Below are positions 1 to 14,525 of a DNA stretch of 64,000 nucleotides, piece by piece (the first letter of the stretch is position 1; the number at the start of each line of letters is the position of its first letter). A model generated the notes under the pieces. That model ran no database searches. It was given only the letters and a program-made list of their open reading frames with translations, and was not told where the DNA came from. The position numbers and the translations under genes were made by a program. Where the stretch lies: the NCBI GenBank assembly GCA_012295275.1, contig CM022670.1, positions 36,332,001-36,396,000 of the forward strand, written 5' to 3'. The stretch is from Chrysomallon squamiferum. Taxonomy: Eukaryota; Animalia; Mollusca.

Positions 1-959
1 ATACAATTGAATTTGATCTGCAAACAACAGCAATAAAAAGAAATTTATTTGATTTAGAAATCCATACTTAGACAATTTTCTTCTTAAATGTCTGTGCCAG
101 TATTACTGTAATTCCACTTAACCAGTGTACACTTCTCTTACACCAAACACAAATCAAACTGAAGTCTTCTAGTCTGCCAGGAATCAGCAATTATGACAAA
201 AATAATATAACTAAGAAGCACAATAATCCACTGATAAGAAAAAATAACAAATGAGTTTTGAAGGTTTTTTTTCAGGAGGATTCATAAAACAACAGAAGAA
301 TTTTTATAAATATTTATTATATAATAGAGTTATTGTAATAATTAAAAAAACATATGTACTAATGAAGACTGCAGTGTTTTAATAGTAAATTGTTGAGTAA
401 CAAATACTTAAACTGATTATTATAGCAATGGTTGTTATCTTCTAAGTGTAATAGTGTGATTTAGAAGTGATTTTTACATTAAATAAACTTTATTACAACT
501 TCATTCAAAATAATTTTTGAGAAATGTCTTGAAATCCTTTCATATAGTTCTACAATATTTTACAAGATTTATTCAAAACATAATTACATTCAGTTAATCA
601 TAATGAAAGAAAATGTTTTTAAATGATTTTTTAATTTTGTTACGTTTTTTGGTTTTATTTTTTATATATATGTAGATACAGATGTATATAAATACTATTT
701 TTTAATCTGTTTAATTTTATTTACTTTTTTTTTTTTTTTTATAAATGTTTAAATTGATTCGTAAATGCATTCATATATTTTTTATTTATCCTTAATCCTT
801 TCCTTAGTTATTTTAATTTACAAAAAAGTAACTGATTCATTGATCCATTCGCTTATTCTTTCTTTTCTTTATTTTTTTCTTACTCATTATTAAAAATAAA
901 TATATAAACAAATAAACAAACAACAACAACAACGACTTTTTGTCTATTTTGTATTCGCT

Positions 960-1408
960 AGTCCCAGTCTCATCTTGTTTACTTTTCTCTTCTAATCACC
1001 GACAATCTTGACCAAACACACTCACCATGTTAGCGAGTTGTCACAGAACTTTACAACGTATGCCAGTTCTTAGTCGTAAACGTGTGTGTGCTCTCGTACA
1101 CAAACAACGTTACCGCAGGATAATCTTTCCCGTCGTAATACTGCCTCCTCTAAGATGCTGCTAGGACTCGCTTTGGAGCCGCGACCGTCGTTGTGCAAGA
1201 TGTTTCAGATCAAAACGTGTAGGCATAGTCTTATCTCAGCGTAGATCGCACATTCTCGCTGTGTGGTGTCTTTTACTTGTAGACCACATCACATCATTTT
1301 GTGACGAAGTCTTTATTAAGTCTAATATCAGTAGAGGTGCGTAAATATTCATGCAAACTGGAGACGTTCGTGAAGATGATTTTATATTTCTTTTGGGTAA
1401 AGGTAGGT
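960..1408. promoter_or_regulatory. CpG-rich island, possible bidirectional promoter / first exons
   Basis: Local CpG enrichment in otherwise CpG-poor DNA. Minus-strand ATG|GTGAGT donor at 1028-1020 and plus-strand AAG|GTAGGT donor at 1403 point away from each other. Confidence 0.35.
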
Positions 1409-2804
1409 ACTAAGTTAATAATTTTTAATTCTTATTTATTTATTTATTTTTAAATTTTAGAAATCACATTTGTTTTAGTTGGAAAAGAGATTAGAACAAC
1501 AACAACAACAACAAAATAACAAATAAAAACAGTAAAAAAAAAACCTCCACATTTTAAAAATGTAAAATATTATTTTGAAAGTACTTAGACTTCTTTTTTA
1601 AATTTAAAATTGTTTTTATTTATTATTTATTATTATTATTATTATATATATAATTTTTAGAATTGCATTTTTCAAAATGTGGAAATTGGATTTGAATTTT
1701 TTTTTAAAAACTGTTTTTGGAATTCTTATTTTTAAGTCTTAGATAACAATGTGTCAACTGAATGAACAATAAATTTAATTTTGTGATTTTTTTTTTATTA
1801 AAATATGTTTTTTTTACATTTTCACTCTCATAATAAGTGTTATTACTAAAACTGAAAATTTTGTTTAATATAACAGTGTCAAAATCTGATTGATATACAA
1901 ACATTTTTTTTCCATTTGTGAAAAAAAAAAAAAAAATTAATAGTAATAATAATACTAAATTAAAAAACCACCCAAAAACCCCAACAACATTAAATAGTAA
2001 TTATTATGCACTGATGCTTTCAAATGCAAAATTTTTTTTTTTTTTACATATCACACAAACAGTACATGATTGACTGTATAGTAACTGAAAATGTTTTGCT
2101 CCTGTCACAAAACTATAAATTAAAATTTTCCACAGAGAAATTCATCAAACAGTGCCCATCCACTTATAAGGTTAAAACAGTACAGCATTAGTTCTGCATG
2201 ATTTACCGTTTTGTTCACTCATAAATACGTAACAGTGAAAGAGAAATCGGAATTTTCCACACATTCCTGAACACTGAAAGAGAATTCCATTTCGTTAACA
2301 TTTCCCAAATGATTTTTTTTCTCTCACTGATTAGACAGAGATGAGGTAAGTGGTGACCAAAGACTCAAACACCAAGTGACTAATGGCTCTTACAACAAAA
2401 AAAAAAAGATTACAAATTTTTAAAAACACATTTTATTGACTGTAAGGTCATTCTGGTTTTTCACCTTTTTGCTTTTTACTCAAGCATCCTGTATTTTTTC
2501 TCTCCTCCATTGCCATTTTCTGAAGCCCAGAGACTATTTCAGAAAACCATTTGATACTCTTTTCATAGAGTTTCCTGTCATTTGGTGGAGCAATGTGAAA
2601 AATCAACAGTGCATTTGTCAAATTAAGCTGCAACTTTCGGCTTGGTATTGAGTTTGCTGCCAAGAATGAGCTATCTTGAAGAATGTTCTAAGAAATCAGA
2701 AATTAAAATCCAAAATCAGAGGATTTATAAAAAAAACCATGTACATATGCTTGATGAAGTCCAGAATCAACAAAGAATAATAAAAGATGAGAAGGAAAGG
2801 AAAA

Positions 2805-2841
<37 letters not shown>

Positions 2842-3804
2842 TGTGTGTGTGCAGATTTGTAGGCATGTATGTTTGTATTTAGAGGCTTTTTCAGAATGTG
2901 AAAAAAGCTACTAAACAAATAAAATTTTTACCAGAGTTTGAAATTAAGCAATGAACTGATGAACATTTATAATTCTAAGAAGAGTTTGAATGTAGAGAAA
3001 TACAGAGTAAAAACTAGATGTTTTTGATTAAGAACAGTTTTAATTTCTATTCGTAAACATAATTTATTAAAACTGTTAATAAATATTTTAATTACTTCTT
3101 ATTAAAAGCATTTTAATTTGCATTTTTATAAACATCATATGTTTGAGATCTTCCAAATAACAAGGGAACAATATCTAAAAAAAAAAAAAATAATAATAAT
3201 AATAAAAAAACCATTCTGATTATTAATTCTTTCTGTCAAAAACATTTACATCCATCTATGCATCTATTCAATCACCCATCCATCTATCCATCCATCCATC
3301 CATCCCTTCATCCAGCAATGAATTTCTTTCCCTCTCCCTTTCGTCTGTACATTAGCTTTTAAAAACATATTTGTCTAACAATTTACCAGGTTATTAACTC
3401 ATCCCTTCATTCACATGTCCACGCATCCCTTCAGCAGGGCACCACTGAACCAGTGATCTGTCTGCAGTTAATGACATCACACATGAGTCAATCCAGCTGT
3501 CCATACCGTTTGTACTACCATCTATCAGATTTATCTCACACCATCATGCTTTGTCGCAGGGGATAAATTGTTACTGTTCGTCAGATTTAAAACTCTGCAC
3601 TTGAGAATAATCATAAATGTCATGGTTGAGTGCACAGATTCAGACAAGTGGAACAGATACATTTGATTGATAAAAATATATTAATCCAAGCTTTTCTGTG
3701 AGTGTCTGCTACGTAATCCTGGGTCCACGTGAAATACTGGCCATGGAGCCAAAGGATCAGAGCTGAGCTTTACCTCCCTCAGAGTTGGAAGGAAATGGAA
3801 ATAC

Positions 3805-3990
3805 AGTGAAACCTGTATTATCCAGTGCATTTTAAAACCTGTATTATTTAGTATTGTGAAACCTGTATTATTTAGTATTGTGAACCCTGTATTATCCAAT
3901 GCATTTTAAAACCTGTATTATTTAGTAGTGTGAAACCTGTATTATTCAATGTATTTTAAAACCTGTATTATTTAGTAGTGTGAAACCTAT
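3805..3990. repeat. Minisatellite, ~24-27 bp unit (AAACCTGTATTATTTAGTATTGTG variants)
   Basis: About 7 visible copies of aaacctgtatta; explains ORF 3681..3899. Confidence 0.8.
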
Positions 3991-4849
3991 CTTAATCATT
4001 ACAATGAAAAGAGTATTATTAAATACAGTAAAACATCTATTAACTAGCACAGTGAAACTTGCATTATCCAGGACATTAAAGTGAATGGAGCCTCACTGAC
4101 AATTAAACAGTCAAAAGCAGGTTTTATTATTTACTTGTTTCATTGTTTCATTTAGCTGTCAATCACTAGGTCTTCATATCTGTTAAAATATGGTATAATC
4201 ACTATGTTAGTCAGTATGTAAAATGATTTTGTTGCATGAGTTAGAAGATAGCCTGTGATAGAGTACTGGTAATCATTAAATAGTACAGTGTCAGTGTTAT
4301 TCTGTTTTGTTCTTTGATTTAAAACAATGGGACTCTAAGCATCCAGTGTACTGTGTAATGCTACACAAAGCAGTAGGATGGGTTAATTCATGTGAAAATA
4401 AATAAAACAAACTGGAGGAAAACAATTACGTTGACTTCGTGTAATGGAGTTTGCTTCTTAATGAAAGTAAACAACACTTCTTGTTGACACAACTAGAAAG
4501 TGTGGAACAGATTATTGTGTAACAAGTCAAGCTTAACTCCTTAGCACTTTGAACTTATTAAAATAATTAATTGTAAAGTATGTGTGTAGGCGTTTTAAAA
4601 CTCCAAATGTCAAGCATGGAATTTGACTTGTATCTTAACCCACTGCACTGATCCTGCAATAAGCTTTATGTACATGTTTAACAGGAGTAAATAAAAATCT
4701 GATGGTAATTCTCTCTGAATTAAATGCTTCTGTCAAAGCCTTCATGTTTTTTAATCACTTGTTAAATGACTGCTTCTGACTGCTTATTAAAATAAACAGG
4801 ATTGTAACCATGGCTTTCAGATAACTATTTCTAATCCCTTTTCTTAACA

Positions 4850-5420
4850 GAACAGAAAGTCTTCACGTTTAATGTTCAATGTTATGTTGGTCACCACATG
4901 TTAAGAACGTATTTTAAAAGTCAATACAGAGCTTTATAATATATTTTAATGTTACTTTTTTTCTGTATGCACTTTATCCTCTTATTGGGAAATGGAAGTC
5001 ATGTTGTTTTGTCACCAGATGTTAAGAACAGATTTTAAAAGTCAGCACAGTGCTTTTTAACAGACATTAATCTCACTTTCTCTGCGTATTAGGCTATATA
5101 TAATTATTATTTTGTTTAGAAAATGTTAAGAATTGATTTTAAATGTCTGTGTAGTTCTTTGTTTTATACAATATCTTCTTCTGTATGTAGTTCTTTCTCT
5201 TGTTAGAAAACAGAAGTCTCCATGTTTGTCAGTGTAAAGTATAATTATTATGTTGGTCACCAAATGTTAAGATTTGATTTTAAAAGTCAGTAAAGTGCTT
5301 TGTAATAAATTTTAATTTTTTTTTCTCTCTGTTTGTAGTTATTCCTCTACAAGAAAATGGAAGTCTCCATGTTTGTCAGTGTACAGTATAATTATTATGT
5401 TAAGAATTGATATTGGTGTA
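4850..5420. repeat. Degenerate tandem repeat (~120-130 bp period)
   Basis: Recurring gtcacca-atgttaagaa-tgattttaaaagtca and gaaaatggaagtctccatgtttgtcagtgta blocks. Confidence 0.55.
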
Positions 5421-7599
5421 AAAGACAATTAAGTGTCTTATGATAATGATTATTAAAAAATACACTCCAATATGGTTGTCTTGTGTACTCTTCAGGCTTT
5501 ATTTTGACACAAGGTGTCCTATAGGATGTGCATGGAAGTGTGTAATTGTTATGCTGGTTGTTACAAGTTAACAGCTGATTGTAACAGAAAACTGAGTGCT
5601 GTGATAGACATCACAATGATTATTAAACAATCTTAGACAATTGTCACTTTTTCTTTCTTTTCTCTGTCACGATGAAGTGCTAACTACAAACTGTATTATT
5701 ACAGGTTAAGAACTGAAATTACAAGCTGGTGACAGATATCACATTAATATTGAACCCTAGCAGCATCAGTTCAGGAACTGTGTGTTGATCATTTATAAAA
5801 ATCTATATTTCACTGACATTCTTCACTGAACTAATTAGTGAAATCACAAGTTCAAATTTGGCAGAATTTTATGTCTAACACAATCATTTAGTGACAGGCA
5901 TCTTTGTAGGACCAAAAATTGGCCCCTGATGTTTGCAGGGTTAAAAGATATGTTTTTATACAGTTACCACTGTAAAGATTAATGACATTCTCTTCACTAA
6001 TGGGAAGCAGAGCAAACTTCAGAACCCAAACTTTGTTATATACTGTATAATTATAGTGTTAAGAACTGATTTTAAAAGTCGAGTTTTTGATAAATACTAA
6101 AAAAAAAACCCAACCTGTCAGTGTGTGAAATTCTGACTTTATTCTAACCATCTGATGCAGAGAGCAAACTACATATGTTATATACTAGTATAATTAGTAT
6201 GTCAGTTATTACAAGTTAATAAACCCTGACAAATATAATGACCAAACAGCTCAATCCTGGCTCCTGAGTGGCTGAATATATGAATTTACACATAGCTTAT
6301 TCAATTTACTAAACTGTAATTGGTTAGAGTAAATGAAAGGAATTCCCTTAGACACTCTTCGTCCTTTTTCGTGGTCAGTTGGGATATTGCTACATTATAT
6401 TTGGCGCTATGGAGGCCAGTCCAGTTCTAAGATTTAAGAGGGATTTGGAGCATTTGTCAGTAGAATGTTGTAGTGGTCATTAAATGGTCTAATGCTGGTT
6501 TTATTGTTCATTTTCTTTCTTTGTTTTATCAGAAAGTGGATAAATCTCTATATTTGTTAAAAATTGATAACTATTATGTTGCTCATTATAAGTTTGGAGC
6601 AGTACCAGTAGAGAGATCTGTGTTACTTCAGTCATCATTAAATAATCCAAAGGGTTTCATTGAGTATTGTTCTTTCTTTCAACACTAAGTGGCTCAGCCT
6701 CCATATTTGTCAAACACAGCATCATTATTATGGTGGTCATTGCATGAAATGATTCTATAGCTTAAGTCTTTGGAATGCTCTGTTATACCATATGGTTATT
6801 AAGTGGTCAATACAAAATATTTTTCATGTGGTCTTGTTCTTTGACTTGACACAAAGTAGCCATGTTTCCATGTTTGTTTTATTCTGTATTATTACTGAAG
6901 TGGTCACTGCAGGTTAAGCTATGTTGGAAGTAAAAATAGAGTGCCCTGATTTAGACATAACAGTTAGCTTTAATAAATACAGTTTTAAATTGGGTTTCAA
7001 AGATGGACCCAGGATTTCAGAAAAAAAGGTACACCATTACTGTGATTGATATAACGTTCAAGATGAAATGGGTTTTGTTACAAAGGAAAACTAAATCACT
7101 GAACAGAAAAAAAAAAAAACAGAATCTGGAATTGTATCAAACAGAATCTGCATGTCCTTTACAATGTGTTTAATTCTGAATTAGTCGAAAGACTGTAAAA
7201 AAAAAAAAATCTCAGTATTTCTCTCTCTCTTTCTCTCTCTCTTATTTTTTTTTAAAATCTTTGTGAAAAAACCCAAACACAACATAGGCAGAAGTAAAAA
7301 AAAAAACATTAAAAAAAAGAAGAGTTAACTCGGATGAGTGACAGTTGGGGAGAGATAACAAGATAAGTGAATAAAGCTCTTATCGTGTTAATGCTCAAAA
7401 ATTGTACGTGTGTGCAGTGAAGACCTGCAAAGTAAGACAAATTGTAAATTATTAGTTATTCATGCGAGCTAACAGAGCTCACTTTTTGACGTTTCCATCA
7501 AGTGGCTCCTGTCCAAGAGACCATCTATCACCTTGACGCTGAGTGCCACTTCGTACTGGCGCTTTTTTTTCCTTTACACTAATTTTATTGAACTATCAT

Positions 7600-7633
<34 letters not shown>

Positions 7634-9074
7634 GAAAACCCTTTTTTTTTTCTTTCTTTTCTTATTTAATTATTTTGGCTTGCTATGTTTCATTGCGGTT
7701 GTTTACAGAAGTCAGGTGTAGTACGTAGTTATAGGTGAATCACATTTTTTTGTTAATTAGAGTGGTTAATTGAAAAGTTATTGCGTTTAGTGAGAAAAAT
7801 AATTAAACTATTTATATTCTGTGTAGATGTTTATTGATAATGTATAATTTTATTCATTATACGATAAAAGAATTAATAAAATAAAGAAAACAGTAATAAT
7901 AATAATAATAACAACAATAACATCAACATTAAGTTAATAAATAAACACAAACCTAAAACCAAATATAATTTTTTTAAAGTCACTGAAGTAAAATGAAATT
8001 AAAAATGTAAATATAATATCGTCTCTGTTAATTTAATTTTAAAACTATATTACGTATAAAAATAAATATTTTTAAAGAATAATTATTAGTCTTCTTATAT
8101 AAAAAAAAGAAGTAATCAAATGAAGAAACATAAATTACAACACAACTAATGTATTTAATAAAATTATTATTATTACACAATACACATCTTAAAGATTTAT
8201 CAACGAACCAGCCAATCAAAAAATTACATCCCAAACTTAAAATGGAATTATTTTCCTTAACTCTTTGCACACTCTCTATTTTTACATAATACTCTTATCA
8301 TTAGATCTATTCAACATCAAATAGTTTATAAACTTTCCAATGATCTTAAAAGTGGGCTACAAATGTGTTATGTGTTTTTTTTCTCTAAGTGTTGGCTGTA
8401 ACACTATACACTTGTTATTAGTGTGACCTGGTTTCTCTCACTGTCCACACATATACATGTCTCCTGCCTTATCACCAATGGGTGGGACATCTCCAGCAAG
8501 CACTAATGAACTCTCAGTTTACACATCTGGAAAAATTACCATTATAATTACAGCGCAGTCGAATGATAATATAGGATGATAGCAGTGTTATTGAATTCAT
8601 TGGTGAGTAGTAGCCCTAAATAATTAATATTTATTAATTCCACTTTTTGATTCATAAGTAATTATTATTAATTAAATCAACTTTTAGTATCATAAATAAT
8701 TAATATTTATTAAGTCCACTTAATAATATTTATCAGATTCATTGGTGAGCAGTGTTGAATAATTAATATTTGCTGAATTCACTGGTGAGTAAAGTAATTA
8801 ATATTTATTAAAAACTTTGAAGAACAATGTTAAATTATTAATATTCGCTGAATTCATTGGTGGGCAGTGTTCAATATTAATATTAAGTTCATTGATTAAT
8901 TGTCAATTTTTTGTGTTTTTTTTTTTTTTAAGAGTTTATTTTATATTTTCATTTCTGATTAGCAAAAATGTGTTTTGTATTTTGGATGAAACAAGAAAGT
9001 AATTTCAATAATAAAGTAAGACACAACAAATAATATTATCAATACATGTTTTGTATATTATAATTTTTATAAAC

Positions 9075-9780
9075 AAGTAACCATATTGTTTGTATCAATA
9101 TATACAATTTATTATTATAATTATTATAATTTTGTTTTAATAAATGTTGTAACTAAGTAGCCATATTGTTTGTATCAACACATAAGTTATTATTATAATT
9201 TTGTTATTGCTATATATTTAATAATGATTGTTATAAGTCACCATATTGTTTGAATCAGTACATACAAGTTATCATTATTATTATATTTATTATACATTTA
9301 ATAATAGCTGTTATGACTAAGTAGCCATACTGTTTGAATCAGTACATACATGCTATCATTATTATTATATTTATTATATACTTAATAATAGCTGTTACGA
9401 GTAAGTCACCTCATTTAATAATAGCTGTTATGACTAAATAGCCATATTGTTTGTATCAGTACATACAAGTTATCATTATTATTATATTTATTATATACTT
9501 AATAATAGCTGTTACGAGTAAGTAGCCATACTGTTTGAATCAGTACATACAAGTTATCATTATTATTATATTTATTATATACTTAATAATAGCTGTTATG
9601 AGTAAGTAGCCATACTGTTTGAATCAGTACATACAAGTTATCATTATTATTATATTTATTATATATTTAATAATAGCTGTTATGAGTAAGTAGCCATACT
9701 GTTTGAATCAGAACGTACAAGTTATCATTATTATTATATTTATTATATACTTAATAATAGCTGTTACGAGTAAGTCACCT
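9075..9780. repeat. Tandem repeat, 84-bp unit
   Basis: gtagccatactgtttgaatcag... recurs at 9522, 9606 and 9690 (84-bp spacing), with degenerate copies upstream. Confidence 0.9.
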
Positions 9781-11229
9781 CAGACTGCTGCCAGACATTC
9801 ACACAGCAAATCTGAGTGCTCTCAAAATGCAGACACACCAGTATTTTAAACTCTTTGCTCTTTATGCAATAAAGGAAATATTTTCTCACTAATGCTTCCT
9901 GCTACACTCCAAGTGAAAGGAAATTAAGAGTGGTTGTGTAATACTTCTGTAATTGAGTTCTGCCCTCCACGTTAAAACAGAAATAGAAAAGGTTTTTGTT
10001 CTCGTAGCATCGTTATTATTATGGTCATAGGTGAAAATATTACCATTATCATTTCATCGTCGTTATTGTTATTGTAATGTTTTAAACCAAATCTATAATC
10101 ATCATCTGAGCCATCATTTTTATTATCATCCTGACAGTTGGTGTTATTGTTATCATTAAAATAATCATTACCAACCTTAATCAGTGTTATCATTGAATCT
10201 ATAAAACATATTTTTTTTTTTTTTTTTTTTTTTACTGCTATCATCAACCTTTTTCTTAACACCATTAAACCATCAATATGGTTGAGGCAGTTATTAACAA
10301 TACATTAACTTCATTTCAAATTGTGAAGATTTTTCAAAACTGATATTGTTTTCTTAATTTGGAAAACTGATAAAAAAACCCATTTATGCTTCTTGCATTA
10401 ATAATTTCAAAATGTTTATAATAATGATGAAAAATAAACTTTGTCTTCTAATTCAAACCTGGTTTTATCAAGCTGACACACTGTACACAGATATTCACTC
10501 AGAAAAGTATTCCTTTTTCTTTTTTTTTGATTCAAAATATTTAATTTACCATTTGTATTTTCCTTTGAAAATGTTTTCTATTAATGTGAAATCTGGGTAT
10601 CTGTTTTAACTGTATCCTGGGTAAAAAATATTTTATTTAATGCTATGGCTGTTTTGTTATATTGGTTTAGTTGTTCAGTTTCTTGATTGCTAACCTAGTT
10701 TCCTTCAAGAATAATATATGTCAAACTAAATGAAATATATTTGTATGCTCCATCACTTTTTTCCTTTTGTCTTTCTATCTGTTTTCCTCTCTCTTTCTAA
10801 CTGCCAATATCTCTCTCTCTACATCATGAAATTCATTTTCATAATTCATGATTAAAATATTCAATCAGTACAACATAATGACAATAATGTTAACAACAAT
10901 ACAACAACAATAACAGTTACAACAAGACTAATAACAGCAACATCATCAACAACAACAACAACATAACAATCATGATAATAATAATAATCAGCAATTCATC
11001 ATAATGACTATAAAGAAATCAATAGATTACTTAATTGTTAATTAAGTCAGTAATAAAACTAATAATAATTCTCTGCTTGACAGTAAACTAACTGTAGTTT
11101 TTTTTTTTTTTTTTTTAAACAATTTTATTTGTCAAGCAATCAGTACATGTTGTTTCTAGATGCTCATATTTATAGCACAATAGGCTCACATTTGGCTTCA
11201 CTGTTGCTTTAGAGATTTCTTACATGGCA

Positions 11230-11231
<2 letters not shown>

Positions 11232-11296
<65 letters not shown>

Positions 11297-11666
11297 TATT
11301 GCCAGACTGGGTCTTGGAGGCACTAACATCCATTGGGTAAGGTCTGAGTAAATGAGATTGAGTCTTTGATTAATTTAAACATCAGGAAATCACAGACGGC
11401 CATGTCTTATCTGATAAAGTGAATGTAACTCTCCGTACTCTGGGCTAATGATGTATTCAAGGTGTGATGTATCTTTCAGTGAGTACACTTACATTTATAT
11501 ATGTGCCTCTGTGTGTGTGTCTCTGTGTGTGTGTTTTGTCTGTGTCGTGTGTGTGTGTGTGTATATAGGTATGTATGTGTGCATGTGTGTTTATTATTTA
11601 TATATGTATGTATATAAGTATGTATGTACATATGTATGTATGTTTGTGTTTATATATATATGTTTT

Positions 11667-11699
<33 letters not shown>

Positions 11700-11850
11700 G
11701 TGTGTGTGTATATGTATGTATGTATGTATGTATGTGTGTATGTATATGTATATGTATATATTCAAACATATAGGCCTATATATGTGAATACATTATCTAT
11801 ATATGTTCATATATGTATGTATGTATGTGTGTATGTATATGTATGTATGT
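11232..11850. repeat. (TG)n and TATG/TG low-complexity microsatellite cluster
   Basis: Direct inspection; produces spurious ORFs 11448..12026 and 11575..11787. Confidence 0.9.
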
Positions 11851-12257
11851 TTTTATTTGTGTCTATTTCTTCATTTGTTTATATGTGTCAAACATTTTTG
11901 TGGGGGTATGCATTATTTTCCACTGATTTATACACAATCACACACATATTAATATACAGCTATTCTTTAAATAGCAACAGAATTTTTTTCTCTTATTTAG
12001 TCCATGCTCATCTGAATGCCTTATAAGCTGCTTCTATAGTTAATTCCATTTATTAAGTAGAACCATCTTACAGGAATAGTACCACAATAATACTGTCAGC
12101 TTGTCAGCAGGTAATATTAGTAATTAGTGCTGTAGCAAAAGCAGGAAAGGAAAGGAAGCCATTGTTTTATTTTACATATATACAGATCATAGCATACCAT
12201 ACAGTGTAAGATATAGCACAATACAATAGAGTATGTACCAACATCTTTGTTCTCTCT

Positions 12258-12293
<36 letters not shown>

Positions 12294-13306
12294 TACATCG
12301 ATATAATAAATAAAAAATACAATGCATTCACAAATGTACACATATGCATGATTTTGTAAGATATTCTGGAACTGGTCATCTAATGAATATATTTAAACTT
12401 CCCATCCAGCCACCAGTCCAAAACAATAAAATAAATAAATGTAGTTTTTTTTTTTTTTAATTATAATTTCAAAACAGTTCTTTAAAGTCAATGATAAATT
12501 TTTCTTTTTTTGTAATATTTAACCTGCAATTTCTTAAAATCTGAAAACTGTTGATTTGTTTTTATTTTTATTTTATTTTATTTTGGCCCTTATCAAAAAC
12601 TGTATGTTACCCATCTATTGAATCTTTTTGGGGACTTTTATCAACATTTTAAAGAAATTTAATATAAGCCAAATGACTCAAAATAACTGAATAAACAATA
12701 CTGTAAGAGGATATTATTTTTGTAACTTTTTTTCCAGAAGATTCTTTTTTGAAAAATGATTTCAGATGACAATTACAAAATCATTTTCTGTTAAAAGACA
12801 AAAAAAAAAAAAAAAACTCTTCATATTTTTCTTTTTTGAAAATCTTTTGTTTGAGAATAATTATGGCTGATATTTAATTTTTTGGTTAAAAGATGTAGAC
12901 AAAATAAATAAATAAATAAAATTAAAAATTTATTTTAATTTTTTTTTTTCTGAATTTCTTTGTTTGAGAATAATTATGGCCACTAGTTAAAATATTCATA
13001 CCTCTCAAAGACATACAAAAAAAAACTGCATTAAAAATAAAATTTATTATTAAATTTTTCAAAAATCTTTTCAAAATAATTATGGTTGACAAATTGCTGT
13101 GTTCAAAAAGGTGAAGAAAAAATCCATCATTATTTTCTTATAATTTTAACTTTTAAGTAAAGAATTAGAGTAAGATAACCTATGGATATTATTAGTTCAT
13201 ATTTTCCCTTCCAAAAATTAGTAATAATAGCATTCATTTGTCAATATTTTTTATGTATGTTCTGGCTTTTTATAATTTTATTTAATATAAAAACAACAAC
13301 AGCTAG

Positions 13307-13337
<31 letters not shown>

Positions 13338-14319
13338 AAATTAATTAATTACAATAAAATAACCTTCCAGTGCTATAAAATGTTTTGCTTTGAAATAAAA
13401 AAAAAAAAAAAACAACCACAACAAAATGTTACATAAAACAGTATTTCTGGATTACCAACCTACACATTTTCAAGTTCCCCAAAACTTTCTTTTATTGATA
13501 AGATGTACCTTTTCCAAAATGAAATTGAAAAAGCATTATGTAAAACATCACTGCAATATTAGTAACTTGTAATTCAATATAAGATTGCTGTAGAAAATTG
13601 CCTTCCTCTGTTATTAACTTGAACTTTTTTTTTAACTCGACAAACAAACTGCAATAGAACAGCATTCCAATAATATCAAGCCATAGATAAAGTAATACAA
13701 TTACATTCCAGCATAGTTAACTTTGATCTTTGAAAAATAATTCTGTGAAGTAACCCTCCTACACTGTCATCTTACTTTACATAAATAACATTTTACTTTC
13801 TATTTTTTTAACCTATTTGTTTATAACAAATATATATATTTTTTTTTTTTTTTCAGCAGTGCAAATGCACCACATTGCTTTTTTATAATTTAATTAGTGA
13901 AAGATGTTGTTTTAAACAATTGTTTAACAAATCCAGTTTGTCTTAATTAGTTAACTCAGTTTCTAAAACAAATATTTAAATACAAACAGCTAACACTAGA
14001 CCAATATACTAAAAAAAAAAAAAAAATCTTTAACTGGTCTACACTTGTTTGCTAAGTAAAATAAGAGTTAAAAAACCAGGTTGATTTTTCTGTGTTTGTG
14101 TTTTCCTGTTGGTGGCAGTTTGTATGTTTTTAGGGCTGAAAGTTTCACAAATCAGACTTGTCTGAATAAGTACTGCAGCTGGACCTTCCAGAACACAACA
14201 TCGTTCCTTCTACAACAGAAAATAAATATTTTTTTTTTAGAATATAACTTACATTTTTCTTAAGAGCATTCCAGTTTTTTTAAGTAAACAACATGAATTC
14301 TTTTAAATAACATCACAAT

Positions 14320-14525
14320 TCCTTAGGAATGCAACATATATTCTTTTAAAAAACATAATCCCCTTAGTATGCAAAATTATTTCAGTAAGCAACATATATT
14401 CTTTTAAAACAGATCATAATTGTTTTAGTATGCAAAATTATTTCAGTAAGCAACATAGACTTTTAAAACAGATCATAATTGTTTTAGAATGCAAAATTAT
14501 TTCAGTATAGAATATATATTCTTTG
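14320..14525. repeat. Short tandem repeat, ~60-bp unit
   Basis: tatgcaaaattatttcagtaagcaacata...ttttaaaacagatcataattgtttta repeated about 3 times. Confidence 0.7.

Noticed and set aside
11448-12026. 192-aa ORF rich in C/V/Y/M, and similar ORFs near 25.5-25.9, 30.5, 32.2, 34.5, 39.3, 54.5 and 57.5 kb
   Set aside because: Translations of TG/TA/AAT/AG microsatellites
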